A DNA stretch of 64,000 nucleotides from a plasmid, in the sequence record NC_009705.1, one strand, 5' to 3'. Under the pieces are notes generated by a model that worked only from the letters and a program-made list of their open reading frames with translations, made no database searches and was not told the origin of the DNA. Within the stretch, counting starts at the first letter, position 1. Every line of letters begins with the position of its first letter. This document shows, in pieces, positions 39,353 through 50,705 of the stretch. A program made the translations under genes and the position numbers.

Positions 39353-40753
39353 TTGGAGTCACACATGGCTGATGAAAACGATATTGGTGAAACTATTCCC
39401 CCAGAAAATGAAGATCATTTTGCTCCCGATTATGAAGAAGAATATCAACCTTCAGCCGCAGAAATTCAGAGAACAACCAAAGAGCGGCGTAGAGCAGAAA
39501 AAATACGAAATCTCAAATCTGTCTTTGGTAGCGGAGTAGGGCGCATATCCATCATATGTGTCGTATTTGTTGTGGTTATCTTTCTCGCGTTAGGCATCCG
39601 TAATATGCGTTCTCCACAACCTCTTGGGACATCTACAACGGTAGATGTCCCCGCTGCGCCCCAAATCAAAACAGACAATAGCCCAGTAACAGAGAGCGAA
39701 GCTGCACGTCGCAGCCAGATGAATGCAAATCAGGCGAGAGAAGCGGCCAAGCTAGGTGACTCATTTCAGCCCTCTTTTGATACCAATATCATTGCGGATC
39801 AAAAATCCAAACCCAACTACAACCAAAACAGCACCGTAATTCCTGATGCTATTAACTTCAATAACCGAAACCAAGCATCTTCAGATACGCAAAATCCCAA
39901 CACGGGATCACAAAGAAGTGATTCAAATAGTAATCAAGGAAATAGTCAAAAAAACCAAGATGGCCAACAACTACTGAAAGAATACACCACTGAGGTAAAC
40001 AAGCGCGATAAACATGTAGAAGATATGAAGAGTGAAATTATTAAGCAGTTTTCTCAGGTTCTCGATAAAGATACTTTAAATAATCAAGGTTCATACAGCA
40101 CGGTCATTTTTAATGACACTAACAAAAGCAATAACGACAGAAAACCAGAAGAGTCGGTTAAAACAGTGGCCAGCAATTCATCTGAAAAAAATGCGGCAAA
40201 GCCCCCCCTATTTAAGGCTGGTAGTACCTTATATGCCGAGACAGGCTCTGCTGCGAATACCGACAATGGTGTTGATACTTTCGCTACCGTTCGTGGGGGA
40301 AAATGGAATGGCAGTGTACTGATCGGTAAAGTCGTTCAAACAAATAATAATATCCTTTTTCAATACACTCTGCTGGCCCCTCAAGACAATAGACCATCGG
40401 TGAAAATCAACGCGATTGCACTGAGAGAGGAAGACGCCAGCCAAGGGATGGCTGATGATGTAGATCACCACATATTGATGCGCTATGGTTCATTAGGTGC
40501 GGCTTCATTGCTATCTGGTTACGGTAAATCCTATGAGAACATTGGAACAACAACCAATAATGGAAGCACGACAACTCAAACAACGAATACACCCAGTAAT
40601 AAGCAAATAATCGGTCAAGCCGTTGGTGAACTTGGTTCGAATTTTGCAAATGAGATAAAACGTGGATTTGATACACCGACCACTTATAGCACTAAAGCAA
40701 ATACTGGCTTTGCTTTATTATTTATGTCTGATGTACCTGATCCTGATAAATAA
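39353..40753 (+). CDS. DotG/IcmE/TraO-like (VirB10-like C-terminal domain) T4BSS protein
   Basis: N-terminal TM, long low-complexity Asn/Gln/Ser spacer, C-terminal beta-rich domain. Confidence 0.45.
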   Translation: MESHMADENDIGETIPPENEDHFAPDYEEEYQPSAAEIQRTTKERRRAEKIRNLKSVFGSGVGRISIICVVFVVVIFLALGIRNMRSPQPLGTSTTVDVPAAPQIKTDNSPVTESEAARRSQMNANQAREAAKLGDSFQPSFDTNIIADQKSKPNYNQNSTVIPDAINFNNRNQASSDTQNPNTGSQRSDSNSNQGNSQKNQDGQQLLKEYTTEVNKRDKHVEDMKSEIIKQFSQVLDKDTLNNQGSYSTVIFNDTNKSNNDRKPEESVKTVASNSSEKNAAKPPLFKAGSTLYAETGSAANTDNGVDTFATVRGGKWNGSVLIGKVVQTNNNILFQYTLLAPQDNRPSVKINAIALREEDASQGMADDVDHHILMRYGSLGAASLLSGYGKSYENIGTTTNNGSTTTQTTNTPSNKQIIGQAVGELGSNFANEIKRGFDTPTTYSTKANTGFALLFMSDVPDPDK

Positions 40754-40763
40754 GGAGTAGCAA

Positions 40764-41450
40764 ATGTTCAAGTTAAAAGAGTTCTTTAACTTAAAAGAAA
40801 TGTCTTTTAAGAAATTGATTCTACTGTTTATCGGTGGATTACTAACCTTTATTATTCTTGGTATCCTAATTTCCCTCTCCTTGGGAACCAACACATCATC
40901 TTCACGGCGAATTGTCAGCCTAAATACAGACTCAAGCCAAACAAAAAATCAAGAAAACCCAACCTCGCAATCAACTCAAAATGTGGATCGTAGCAATAGA
41001 GATATCTTATCAATACAACTTAGCAACAGAAATGAAGAGTTAAGCAGTATGACGAAAGAAAAGGAAGCGCTTGAAATTAAATACGTGCAACTTGTAAATA
41101 CTGTTAATGACAACTTTAAGAAATTTAACACCGACAATGAATCTTTGAACAAAAGAATATCGGCACTTGAATCTAAACTCCAAGCTACCATTAACGACAG
41201 TCAACGAGTTAACATCATTCGACTTGATAAATTGATTCAACAACAAACGATTGAAGATAACAAACTGATAAAAAACCACATTCCTTATAAATCTCCGCAA
41301 GGAATTAAAGTCAATGCCACAGTGGGCAACAGAGCATGGCTACAAACAAAAAATGGTGAAATCTCAGTGACAGAAGGTGATTACATCAATAATAGATCAG
41401 TTATCAAATCAGTCGATTCCCAGAAACACACTGTTATGATCATTCAATAA
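40764..41450 (+). CDS. Bitopic coiled-coil membrane protein (DotF/TraP-like)
   Basis: TM helix plus coiled coil. Confidence 0.35.
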   Translation: MFKLKEFFNLKEMSFKKLILLFIGGLLTFIILGILISLSLGTNTSSSRRIVSLNTDSSQTKNQENPTSQSTQNVDRSNRDILSIQLSNRNEELSSMTKEKEALEIKYVQLVNTVNDNFKKFNTDNESLNKRISALESKLQATINDSQRVNIIRLDKLIQQQTIEDNKLIKNHIPYKSPQGIKVNATVGNRAWLQTKNGEISVTEGDYINNRSVIKSVDSQKHTVMIIQ

Positions 41451-41460
41451 AGGCAAAAGA

Positions 41461-42042
41461 ATGGACAAATTCCCTGATTTAATGACACTGGCTATTAACT
41501 TCGGCAAAATAATGCCTCCATTTATTATGCTCCTGCAAGGTATCTGTGGGATTATTGGTATGTGGCTGTTCGTGACTGGGTTAACAGATGTCGTCGGCGT
41601 ATCCAACCCTAACATGGATAAATACATTGCGAGCAGATCTAAATACTCTGTGTCTGGGGCAATAGTAAAAATGGTCATAGGTTCATTTTTTGTTGGTATG
41701 GCAACATTACAATTAGTGGGCATATTATCACGATCTCTAACTGGCGATTATGCTAACTCCAGAATGCTCTCATATTCTTCAGCAGGAACAACCCTTGAAC
41801 AACAAGCCCAACTTGCAACGCTGGGTTTATTAAGCGTTGTTCAAGCCGTTGGCTTTGTAGCATTAATGAAAGGTCTATTTACATTAGTCGGACGATTTAA
41901 TGGAGAGAACAATGCCAACCTTGGAACTGCTTCTACTGTAATAATAGGGGGAGTATTAGCATGGAATTTCAAATGGTTTGCAGATGTTATTAACAATCAG
42001 TTTGGATATAATATAATTGGATTGTTCGGCGCGTGGAATTAA
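41461..42042 (+). CDS. Polytopic membrane protein (DotE/IcmC/TraQ-like)
   Basis: Four hydrophobic helices, 193 aa. Confidence 0.35.
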   Translation: MDKFPDLMTLAINFGKIMPPFIMLLQGICGIIGMWLFVTGLTDVVGVSNPNMDKYIASRSKYSVSGAIVKMVIGSFFVGMATLQLVGILSRSLTGDYANSRMLSYSSAGTTLEQQAQLATLGLLSVVQAVGFVALMKGLFTLVGRFNGENNANLGTASTVIIGGVLAWNFKWFADVINNQFGYNIIGLFGAWN

Positions 42043-42102
42043 CATAGAATACCAACAACAAACTTTATTAAAAAAACTTTCACATCTTCGACAGGAGTAA
42101 AA

Positions 42103-42477
42103 ATGAAAACTTTTTCATTTTTAATTAAGAATAGAATTAATAAATTAAATGTAATGCTCTACTCAATTCCTTTTTTATCAACAAACGTTTTTGCTATTGA
42201 TAAGACAGACCTCACGCAGGATATGTCAGGAGGGAAGGATATTGGACAGGTATTTACAAATATGGATAACATTGGCAAGCAATTTGTGACATTGCTTCTC
42301 GGACTCTGTGTGGTTGCCGGAGCATGCCTAGTCGCAATATCGCTGGCTTCACTTTATAAAGCGTCAAAAGAAGAACGCGAGAAACCCACATCCGCCATCG
42401 TTGGTCTAATCATCGGCGGATTATTAACTGCTGTTCCCGTAATCTTATGGATATCGAGCAATTCACTTCTGAAATAA
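42103..42477 (+). CDS. Small membrane protein (DotP/IcmD/TraR-like)
   Basis: Signal peptide/TM plus second TM, 124 aa. Confidence 0.35.
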   Translation: MKTFSFLIKNRINKLNVMLYSIPFLSTNVFAIDKTDLTQDMSGGKDIGQVFTNMDNIGKQFVTLLLGLCVVAGACLVAISLASLYKASKEEREKPTSAIVGLIIGGLLTAVPVILWISSNSLLK

Positions 42478-42541
42478 ATTTAATAATTATGGAGAGCATC
42501 ACTCTCATTTTTTGCTCTCCAAATATATTTAGGTCATCAAA

Positions 42542-43261
42542 ATGATCACCTCAAGTAAAAACATTGATCGACGCCAATGCCAACCCATCATTGGCGTTAA
42601 AAGAAAGGTTTGGCGTCAAGATGATGAACATGCTGATGAATTTGATACTGAATTTCAAGAAGTCAGAACCTCAGTACTAAAACGAGATAACCATACTTGC
42701 AAATTCTGTTTTTTCAAATCATTACACTATCAGGAGGTTCATCATATTAATGATGACCACTCCAATAACAGTCCTACCAATTTAGTAACAGTATGTCCTT
42801 TATGTCATCAGGTTCACCATCTCGGTATGGTAGCAATCAAAGGTTCTGGTTTTATTTCCTATATTCCAGAACTGACTCAAACAGAAGTGAATTGGGTTGT
42901 CAGAACCCTTTTTATGCTACTGCATAATCTAAAAAAAGATGACCCAGTGATTAACCAACTCCATAGCCTTTACTCCGTATTTCAAGAAAGGGGAGCGGAT
43001 ACGTTAAAAAATGTTTTTTATCATGGAGAGAAATCAGTCATTAACTTAAGTTCTCCAATCGTTCTGGCCCAATATCTCTCGCTCTGTGACGATAAGTTAT
43101 TTGAAGACAGAATTAACAGTTTAGCGGGTTTAGTTGTCGTCCCTACAATTCAAGCGTTTCAGCCAAAACAGCTTGAGGCATATTTTCACGCTCAAGGTGC
43201 GGCAAATAATAAAAAAGAGTCATACGAAGCATTATTCAACAATCTAATTTCAAATCTATAA
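42542..43261 (+). CDS. Cys-rich zinc-binding protein with HNH-like motif (possible DotN/IcmJ-like)
   Basis: CKFCFF...EVHHI...N...NLVTVCPLCHQVHH. Confidence 0.4.
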   Translation: MITSSKNIDRRQCQPIIGVKRKVWRQDDEHADEFDTEFQEVRTSVLKRDNHTCKFCFFKSLHYQEVHHINDDHSNNSPTNLVTVCPLCHQVHHLGMVAIKGSGFISYIPELTQTEVNWVVRTLFMLLHNLKKDDPVINQLHSLYSVFQERGADTLKNVFYHGEKSVINLSSPIVLAQYLSLCDDKLFEDRINSLAGLVVVPTIQAFQPKQLEAYFHAQGAANNKKESYEALFNNLISNL

Positions 43262-43273
43262 TACGAGGTTTCA

Positions 43274-44467
43274 ATGAAATGTGGTGTAGTTATGTTTGAC
43301 TTACCGGAACACCTCTTTGGTAAAAGAGATGTCGTTTCATTGGAATCATGTTGGTCGGCGGTAGCCGGAGAACCCGCCCGTAGATTGAAATCGATTCACG
43401 AACTTCGCACAGATGTTGTTTGGTTAACTAACATCAATAGCGATGTATTCCGTTCCCTTGGCTTATTTAAGCTCCCGAACCTCAGAACAGAGACATGGCT
43501 ACGAACCAGATTTACACAAATACAGCAAGAGCTAGGGCTTGATGAGTCATGTGTGACTCCCAACATCGTTGTTGAAACGATGTCTCTCATTGTGCAACGA
43601 GTCATAGATTACGCGGAAAAGCATTATGCAGTCACACCCCGTTCAGACTCCTTCAATGCTGATTTTGCACGGGTATTCAATGCCCCTGTAAGCAAGCTCC
43701 CAGACCGATTCTATAGCCTCTTTACTCCCATAGTTCAACATTCACTTGTCTTTGTCGTGAACTCTACACAACGAGCTTCTACATCCTCATATTTGACGGT
43801 TAAACCGAACCGCCTTCGGCATGCCCGCGAAATATTGTCCACGCCAGTCCCCTCCGATGCTGGGTGGGAATTAGCCACAAAGATTCCCTCCATAAAAATT
43901 GACCAATGGCTTGAAGGGTTGAAAACTCCATTTTTAATAAAAATGTCCTTCAAAAACATTAATCCAGATCTTGCCGAGTTGCTGTCATGGGGCGCTGGAT
44001 CTAATGTATCCAGAGAATGGATGACAGATGTAGAGTGGAAAGTCATAAGAGAGTTTGCTGATATCGAAGTAAAAGAAGTTTTAATCTGCCCTCATGAAGC
44101 TAAAATATTAAATGAATTAAATATTCTCCCTTCAGGGAATTTTGATGAGCTATCTTACAGTTGTGGATTAATTGCTGAATTAATGTGGACATCGTTTACG
44201 ACTAAAGTCACCAAACAGCAAATAAATAATAACAAGAACTATACTGCGGCCTCGGCATGGCTACGAGCTGCCGACAGAATGATCATGTTTAAGCATGCCC
44301 AACGCCTATATTCAGATAATTGCAATATTGGCATGTATGGCGCAGGAATGATAAGCATGAACTATCCAGAAGGGGCATTGAGACATTATTTATTATCCTC
44401 TACTGAAAATGGCTTAATGCCTCCGTCATCTAAATTTCAAGAATTAAAAAGAACCCTCGAGAGATAG
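43274..44467 (+). CDS. Hypothetical T4BSS-associated protein (397 aa)
   Basis: ORF within the transfer operon. Confidence 0.35.
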   Translation: MKCGVVMFDLPEHLFGKRDVVSLESCWSAVAGEPARRLKSIHELRTDVVWLTNINSDVFRSLGLFKLPNLRTETWLRTRFTQIQQELGLDESCVTPNIVVETMSLIVQRVIDYAEKHYAVTPRSDSFNADFARVFNAPVSKLPDRFYSLFTPIVQHSLVFVVNSTQRASTSSYLTVKPNRLRHAREILSTPVPSDAGWELATKIPSIKIDQWLEGLKTPFLIKMSFKNINPDLAELLSWGAGSNVSREWMTDVEWKVIREFADIEVKEVLICPHEAKILNELNILPSGNFDELSYSCGLIAELMWTSFTTKVTKQQINNNKNYTAASAWLRAADRMIMFKHAQRLYSDNCNIGMYGAGMISMNYPEGALRHYLLSSTENGLMPPSSKFQELKRTLER

Positions 44468-44664
44468 AAATGGAACAACCACAATCTCCCTTATTTAGTA
44501 TTGAAGCATTTATTAGAAGTGAGGGTGTTAGCGCAGACATCCTTATATTAGATGCCATTATTATTGAGTTTGATTTATCCGAATCGGAGAAATCACAAAA
44601 GATAAGCGCACTCATCGACATTATAAGAGCCAGAAACGTCTAACCTTTAAAGTGAGAATATAAA

Positions 44665-47600
44665 ATGAGCGGTAAGATTGAAGCGATATTAATGCATATT
44701 TTAACCTCTTTAAAAAATGACGTCACAGACTACTGCGACATAGAAACTGTCGATGCCAACAACAGTATTGTCATGATGGATGGTTCACTGGGAACTATTG
44801 TGCGCTTTAACGGCAGAAAGAATGTGCTAGGACGCAGTGAATACAGTTCATTTATCAGAAAACTGTCTTCATCAATTGGCGTTTTTTTCAAAGGAACTGG
44901 CCACCAAATTCAATTTATCTTTTATAAAGATTTGGATTCAAAAGCGCTGTTAGAAAGGGCGGTAAGAAGCCAACGAGTCTCTGCGGATAGGCTTAATTTA
45001 AACTTGGAAGACCTCATTGATGAAACCGTAGAAAAGAATGCAGGTTACGTCTATCTCGAAGAGTGCTACATGGTCTTTTGGTCTAGACCCTCTTTGCTAG
45101 ATCCTATTGAAAGCAAAATTTCTCAGGATGAAAAAAATAGATTTAGGAAAGAGAACAATTGGCCGTCAACGGCAAATGCACAAAATCTATTGCGACCAAT
45201 ATCCTATCTTATGGACAGACATGAGTCTTTTGTCTCAAAAATAGTCAGTGATCTCTCTTCTAAACAATTTGGCTGTTCAGTAGAAGTACTTAACGTATCG
45301 AATGCGCTTAAAGAAATTAAGCGCCGTGTTTATCCAGAGTACACCTCAGATAAGTGGAAACCCGCAATTCCATTCCAAGAAATATTAACGGGTGAGCTAA
45401 ACGGAATCCCTCCTCGATGGAAGAATAATACTAACGACACCGATAAATCTGAAATACTTTATCCCAATATTGCTGGGCAGATAATGGTATCAACATCTGA
45501 AATTGGTAAACGTGATGCCAATAGAACAGCATATGACCCTTTAAACGATCCGACTATCATCAGAGTAGGTGCGCGTTTTTATGCACCGCTATTAATAAAA
45601 ACACCACCCAGCAAAGAAGAAAACTTCGCTAATTTGTTCGCCAGCCTGAATGGTGTTGAAACCAGAAATAATAACCAGAGAAAATCAATTCCTTACTCAG
45701 TATCATTTATGATCGAATCAGATGGTCTGGGAGGAACAGCTTTTAAAAGCATATTTGCAAACATTCTCTCTATCACCAGTGAAATCAATAAAAATATCAA
45801 TTTGGCGCTGAAAGCACTGAGAGAACGTAAGCGGGATGGTGAGGTTATTACAAAACTTCGCATGTCTGTAATGACGTGGGCTGATTGGAACAATGCTGAA
45901 CAATTAGTATTACGAAAATCAAAACTATGGAAAGTCATTGAAGCATGGGGGGATACCTCCCTCATGGAGAAATCGGGCAACCCCATGACAGCATTTCAAA
46001 CCAACTGCATGGGATTAACAACCAAACACATTGGCCCAGCCTGCCCAGCGCCGCTGGAGGAAGCACTAGAGTTAATGCCACTAACACGGCCAGCATCACC
46101 TTACATCAATGCATCAACAATCTATCGAAGCCTTGACGGTAAGTTGATGCCTTGGGAAATATTCTCTGAAATCCAATCACACTGGCTAACACTCATTTCA
46201 GGAAAGCCCGGCAGCGGTAAATCCGCAACCATCAACAGCAGGCACATAGATGCCTGCTTATTGGGTGGTGTAGAGCGAATACCGTGGCTCGGTATTATTG
46301 ATATTGGCATTTCCTGTGAAGGATCGACTAATGCTATCAGTGATGCACTGCCTGATCATCTTAAACACCTTGTTCTTTATGCTCGATTACAGAACACCGA
46401 AAGCAACTGTATCAACCCGATGGACGTTCATCTTGGGGCAAGATACCCCCTTCCAAAGTGGAGAGAGTTTATTGTTAATTTTATAACTTTACTCATTACC
46501 CCTGTTGAGCGGCAAGGTAAACCCTACGAGGGCATGACCTCGCTCGTCGGTTCTATTGTTGATGAAGCATACAAGCTAAAAGACACGCTCGAAAAAGGTC
46601 AGCCTAATACTTATTCAGAAGGGGAGGATTTATTTGTAGATAAAGCCATTAAAGAAGCAGGACTCAATGTTGTAGAAAATAATACCCCATATTACGACAT
46701 CGTAGATATGCTCTTCGATAAAGGTTTTATTTATGAAGCCGAACGTGCGCAGCGTTATGCCGTTCCTCGCTTGAGTGACCTTGCAACCGTACTTAATACA
46801 CCAGAGTTACAAGCCAAGTTTGGCAATTTCACCTCTGAAAATAATAAAATATTAGAAGCATTCAATTTTGGCTTATTGACTGCCTCAAACGAATACATGA
46901 TTTTTAACTCCTCAACCAAATTCGATATTGGCAGTGCGCGTATCATTGCGCTAGACCTACAAGATGTCGTCGTGAAAGGCAGCTCTCCCGCGCAACAGCA
47001 AAAAACCGCACTCATGTACATGATTGCCCGTCAGAGCTTTATGAAGAAAGTGGCCTTCCATACGGATGATCTACCACAAATCAACAGCAGATACCTTGAC
47101 TATTACCGTAAGCTAATCAATGAATTAATTGATGAAAACAAAACATTTTGTATGGATGAATTTCACAATACGGGTGGGATACCTCAGCTTACAGACCAGA
47201 TATTCGCGGATAGCCGCGAGTCACGAAAATGGAAAATGGAAATCATTCTGCTTAGTCAAAAACCAGAAGATTTTGGCACATTGTCTGATATTGCGACCAC
47301 CATCATAGTGATGGACTCTGGAACAGAAAACACCAGAGCCTACTTGCGGGAAAATATATCACTCTCTCCTGTCGCAGAATCAGCCCTGATAAATCATTGT
47401 AATGGAGCAAACGCTGATGGCTGTACATTCCTAGCCATGATTAAAACGAAATCAGGTGATTTTACGCAGCTATTTACTGCGACACTTGGCCCTAAACGTC
47501 TATGGCGCTTATCTACCACCGCAGAAGACCGTAAATTGCGGACATTACTCTTTAATCAAATGCCAAGACCTCAAGCAATCAATTTATTAGCAAATAAATT

Positions 47601-47760
47601 CCCACAAGGTGGCTGTAAAGCCGCTGTCGATATGCTTAAGCAAAATCAAGAGAAAACCAATAAAGTATTTAATGATGATGAAATTCTAGACTCCGTTATT
47701 GAAGGACTCGCAAATCAAATAATAAAAGAGCACCAAACATTAATGACATCCAACATGTGA
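44665..47760 (+). CDS. Large T4SS ATPase, IcmB/DotO/TraU-like (VirB4-class)
   Basis: 1031 aa with Walker A GKPGSGKSAT. Size and position typical of DotO. Confidence 0.55.
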   Translation: MSGKIEAILMHILTSLKNDVTDYCDIETVDANNSIVMMDGSLGTIVRFNGRKNVLGRSEYSSFIRKLSSSIGVFFKGTGHQIQFIFYKDLDSKALLERAVRSQRVSADRLNLNLEDLIDETVEKNAGYVYLEECYMVFWSRPSLLDPIESKISQDEKNRFRKENNWPSTANAQNLLRPISYLMDRHESFVSKIVSDLSSKQFGCSVEVLNVSNALKEIKRRVYPEYTSDKWKPAIPFQEILTGELNGIPPRWKNNTNDTDKSEILYPNIAGQIMVSTSEIGKRDANRTAYDPLNDPTIIRVGARFYAPLLIKTPPSKEENFANLFASLNGVETRNNNQRKSIPYSVSFMIESDGLGGTAFKSIFANILSITSEINKNINLALKALRERKRDGEVITKLRMSVMTWADWNNAEQLVLRKSKLWKVIEAWGDTSLMEKSGNPMTAFQTNCMGLTTKHIGPACPAPLEEALELMPLTRPASPYINASTIYRSLDGKLMPWEIFSEIQSHWLTLISGKPGSGKSATINSRHIDACLLGGVERIPWLGIIDIGISCEGSTNAISDALPDHLKHLVLYARLQNTESNCINPMDVHLGARYPLPKWREFIVNFITLLITPVERQGKPYEGMTSLVGSIVDEAYKLKDTLEKGQPNTYSEGEDLFVDKAIKEAGLNVVENNTPYYDIVDMLFDKGFIYEAERAQRYAVPRLSDLATVLNTPELQAKFGNFTSENNKILEAFNFGLLTASNEYMIFNSSTKFDIGSARIIALDLQDVVVKGSSPAQQQKTALMYMIARQSFMKKVAFHTDDLPQINSRYLDYYRKLINELIDENKTFCMDEFHNTGGIPQLTDQIFADSRESRKWKMEIILLSQKPEDFGTLSDIATTIIVMDSGTENTRAYLRENISLSPVAESALINHCNGANADGCTFLAMIKTKSGDFTQLFTATLGPKRLWRLSTTAEDRKLRTLLFNQMPRPQAINLLANKFPQGGCKAAVDMLKQNQEKTNKVFNDDEILDSVIEGLANQIIKEHQTLMTSNM

Positions 47761-47803
47761 TTATAAAAATCCTTCAATTTATTAATTGAGTCTTAGGTAA
47801 TGT

Positions 47804-50608
47804 ATGGCTAATTTTAAAGGTGCTTCCAGAAAGTTTGAAGTCAAGACGTCACGCAGACGTAAAGACTTACGACCGATGGGGCAAAAATTAAAAGATTACT
47901 TTCTTTCTGGTGAAGGCGTCATAACCGGTATAATAGCCATACCAGTAATATCACTCGTGCTTATTCGTGTGCCGTTCTCAGCAGAATTAATACTACTGGG
48001 GATTGGGATATATCGACGGAAATATCTTGATTTTAAAAAAATAGCTTTTGACTTTCCTTATAGAGTCCCTGTTCAAGCCAAAGTATTAGATGGTTCAACA
48101 ACGGGGGGGAAAAGTCTGGGGAAGGGAGTTACTCTTGTCGGCACGGATATTGAGTATAAAGAACAGATCTATGCGGGAGACAGTGACCTCCGTACTCATG
48201 CTCTTGTATTAGGGACTACAGGTTCAGGTAAAACAGAATTCTTGCTGGGCCTCGTATTTAATGCCTTAGTCCAAAATACAGGCTTTATTTATGTCGATGG
48301 TAAAGGTGATCCAAAGTTACAGAAAGACGTCTTTAGGCTAGCCCGATATTTAGGCAGAGAAGAAGACCTGCTAATAGTCAACTTCATCACTTCTGGCCGA
48401 GACTTTGTTGAGAAACAAGCTGATAAAGTCACAAATAACATGAACATTATGGGAAACACCTCATCTGGCATGTTAATTGAACTCATTGTCGCGTTAATGG
48501 ATGACAGTGGCGGCGGCGGGGACATGTGGAAAGGCCGCGCTATTTCATTCGTCGCCGCGCTAACACGGCCTCTAACCTATTTAAGGGACAAAGGATTTAT
48601 CGGCCTGTCACCAGAGGATTATTTAAGTTACTTCGAACTACATATTATTGAAGAATTAGTTTTTGAGCATGGCGGCAAGTATGGAGATAACTTTGACGTC
48701 ATTGTTGCGCCATTGAAATCCTATTTGAAAACATTGCCGGGTTATCAGGATAAAAACAGAAAAAAACAAGAAACAAAAACACTAGAGCAGCACGGTTTTA
48801 TCATCATGCAGCTCACCCGTATTTTCAACGACCTAACCTTCAACTATGGCCACATCTTTAAAACAAAGGTAGGGGACGTCGATTTCTTTGACGTGGTAGT
48901 AAACCGCCGATTGCTTACCGTACTTCTGCCTGCGTTAGAACGTGCACCAGACAGCATGAGAATGCTCGGCAAAATGATTGTTGGATCGATAAAACAAATG
49001 ATGGCGGGGTGCCTTGGTAACAAAGTTGAGGGCGTCGTTCGTGAAATCATTGATAGCCGTCCTACAAACGCAGATTTTCCGTTTTACACCATACTAGACG
49101 AATATGGCTACTATGCTGTGATTGGCTTTGCTGTAGCCCCTGCACAGGCCCGTAGTTTAGGCTTTTCGGTAATCTTTGCGGCTCAAGACTTCTCTAGCCT
49201 GAAAAAAAGCTCCGCTGAAGAAGCAGATGCTACATGGGAAAACACCAACATCCGTGCTATCGGACGTATCACCTCTGGTGAAAAATCAGAAACATGGGAA
49301 CGCATCATCGGCGCAGCAAGTGATTCTACTGAGGCTGAACTCTCTGGCTTTGAACGCATTACTGGGGCAGTAAACGATCGCTTTTCCCAACAAAATAATA
49401 TCAGTCTAACGACTAAACGCCGTCTGCATTACGATGATCTCGCCCGTCAGGAGAACGGAGAGTTTACATTCTTAATTGGCAAGAAAGAGAATTCAGGTCA
49501 GGATGGTGGTGTCCGTGTTATCAGAGGTATGGGGTTCTATACTGCGGGTAAGACAATGAAAGAAATGAGAATAAATGATTTCATCCCCGTGGAATCACCA
49601 GAACCTCGTGATCTGCCTGAAACTAAACTTCAACTTCAATCTCTTGTCGATATGATCGCGTCAGGTAAATTACCGACCAACTTAAAAAAAGCGGCTGACG
49701 CAAGTCCGGTGCTCAAGCAATTCTCTGACATTTACGATTTAAATACCTATCTAAAAGGCCACAATCACTCAGCTTCACTCACCGAACGAGACATCACCAA
49801 TGCCACGATAGGCTATTACCTATCAGGGAAAATTGAAGATTCGCCATTTAAGTTCACAGCACCAATAGTCACTATTGCCGAGAATTTCACAGAAAATGCA
49901 GCTAACGACAAGACATTAGAACCCATTGAAAATAGTGAAGAAATAGCATCTGAACTTGAATATGAATCTGAATACCTCAGCGAAGAAGACTTTGACTTAA
50001 CGGTTGTATCTCAACGGGAAGACCCAGAAACCAAAATGGATGTTTTGGATAGCCAAAAGGGTGATTTTGATAGATTATCAGGTTCACGATTAACGGAGGC
50101 ATTACTGGCTATTGCCATGAATAATGAAGCAGTAGCTACCAATATTACACAAACCACATACGATAATAAACAGGACAATGACGAAGAACATACTCTACAT
50201 CACATTAACAGCGAACAAGATTTTTTAAGTGAAATTAGCCAACGTGACGTCGATGGTTTTGAAAAAAACATAAAAGTCTTTTTCGACTTCTCTGATGATG
50301 AAGAGACTGAACATGAAATTGATTTATCAGACAGATTAATAAATAAACAAGAGAATAACCGTCAATTAATGACGGCCATGTACCACGCACAGTTGATGCT
50401 ATTATTCAGTCGAGGCGAAAAACCCAGCGCTCAGAAGATAAGGGATATTAAAGATGATGTTGAAAATGAGTATCAGAAACTATTGAATAGCACCTCCTAC
50501 CTAAACGGACAAGAACCTCAAAAAGTCGATGCTGCAACAATGAGACAATCGATATCATTGCTGGGTGCAGAGTGTGGTAAGTTCGTCAAGATGAACTTAA
50601 CAAAATAA
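47804..50608 (+). CDS. Type IV coupling protein-like ATPase (DotL/IcmO/TrbC-like)
   Basis: Two N-terminal TMs, Walker A GTTGSGKTE, Walker B-like VIFAAQD, acidic C-terminal tail. Confidence 0.5.
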   Translation: MANFKGASRKFEVKTSRRRKDLRPMGQKLKDYFLSGEGVITGIIAIPVISLVLIRVPFSAELILLGIGIYRRKYLDFKKIAFDFPYRVPVQAKVLDGSTTGGKSLGKGVTLVGTDIEYKEQIYAGDSDLRTHALVLGTTGSGKTEFLLGLVFNALVQNTGFIYVDGKGDPKLQKDVFRLARYLGREEDLLIVNFITSGRDFVEKQADKVTNNMNIMGNTSSGMLIELIVALMDDSGGGGDMWKGRAISFVAALTRPLTYLRDKGFIGLSPEDYLSYFELHIIEELVFEHGGKYGDNFDVIVAPLKSYLKTLPGYQDKNRKKQETKTLEQHGFIIMQLTRIFNDLTFNYGHIFKTKVGDVDFFDVVVNRRLLTVLLPALERAPDSMRMLGKMIVGSIKQMMAGCLGNKVEGVVREIIDSRPTNADFPFYTILDEYGYYAVIGFAVAPAQARSLGFSVIFAAQDFSSLKKSSAEEADATWENTNIRAIGRITSGEKSETWERIIGAASDSTEAELSGFERITGAVNDRFSQQNNISLTTKRRLHYDDLARQENGEFTFLIGKKENSGQDGGVRVIRGMGFYTAGKTMKEMRINDFIPVESPEPRDLPETKLQLQSLVDMIASGKLPTNLKKAADASPVLKQFSDIYDLNTYLKGHNHSASLTERDITNATIGYYLSGKIEDSPFKFTAPIVTIAENFTENAANDKTLEPIENSEEIASELEYESEYLSEEDFDLTVVSQREDPETKMDVLDSQKGDFDRLSGSRLTEALLAIAMNNEAVATNITQTTYDNKQDNDEEHTLHHINSEQDFLSEISQRDVDGFEKNIKVFFDFSDDEETEHEIDLSDRLINKQENNRQLMTAMYHAQLMLLFSRGEKPSAQKIRDIKDDVENEYQKLLNSTSYLNGQEPQKVDAATMRQSISLLGAECGKFVKMNLTK

Positions 50609-50705
50609 CCAGCTATCATAATAAGTTAGCGTTTGTATAAAGACAGTGCAACAGGCTTAAATACTTTTAATTTTCAACGAGTAAGGCTTATACAAGAGGT
50701 AATAA

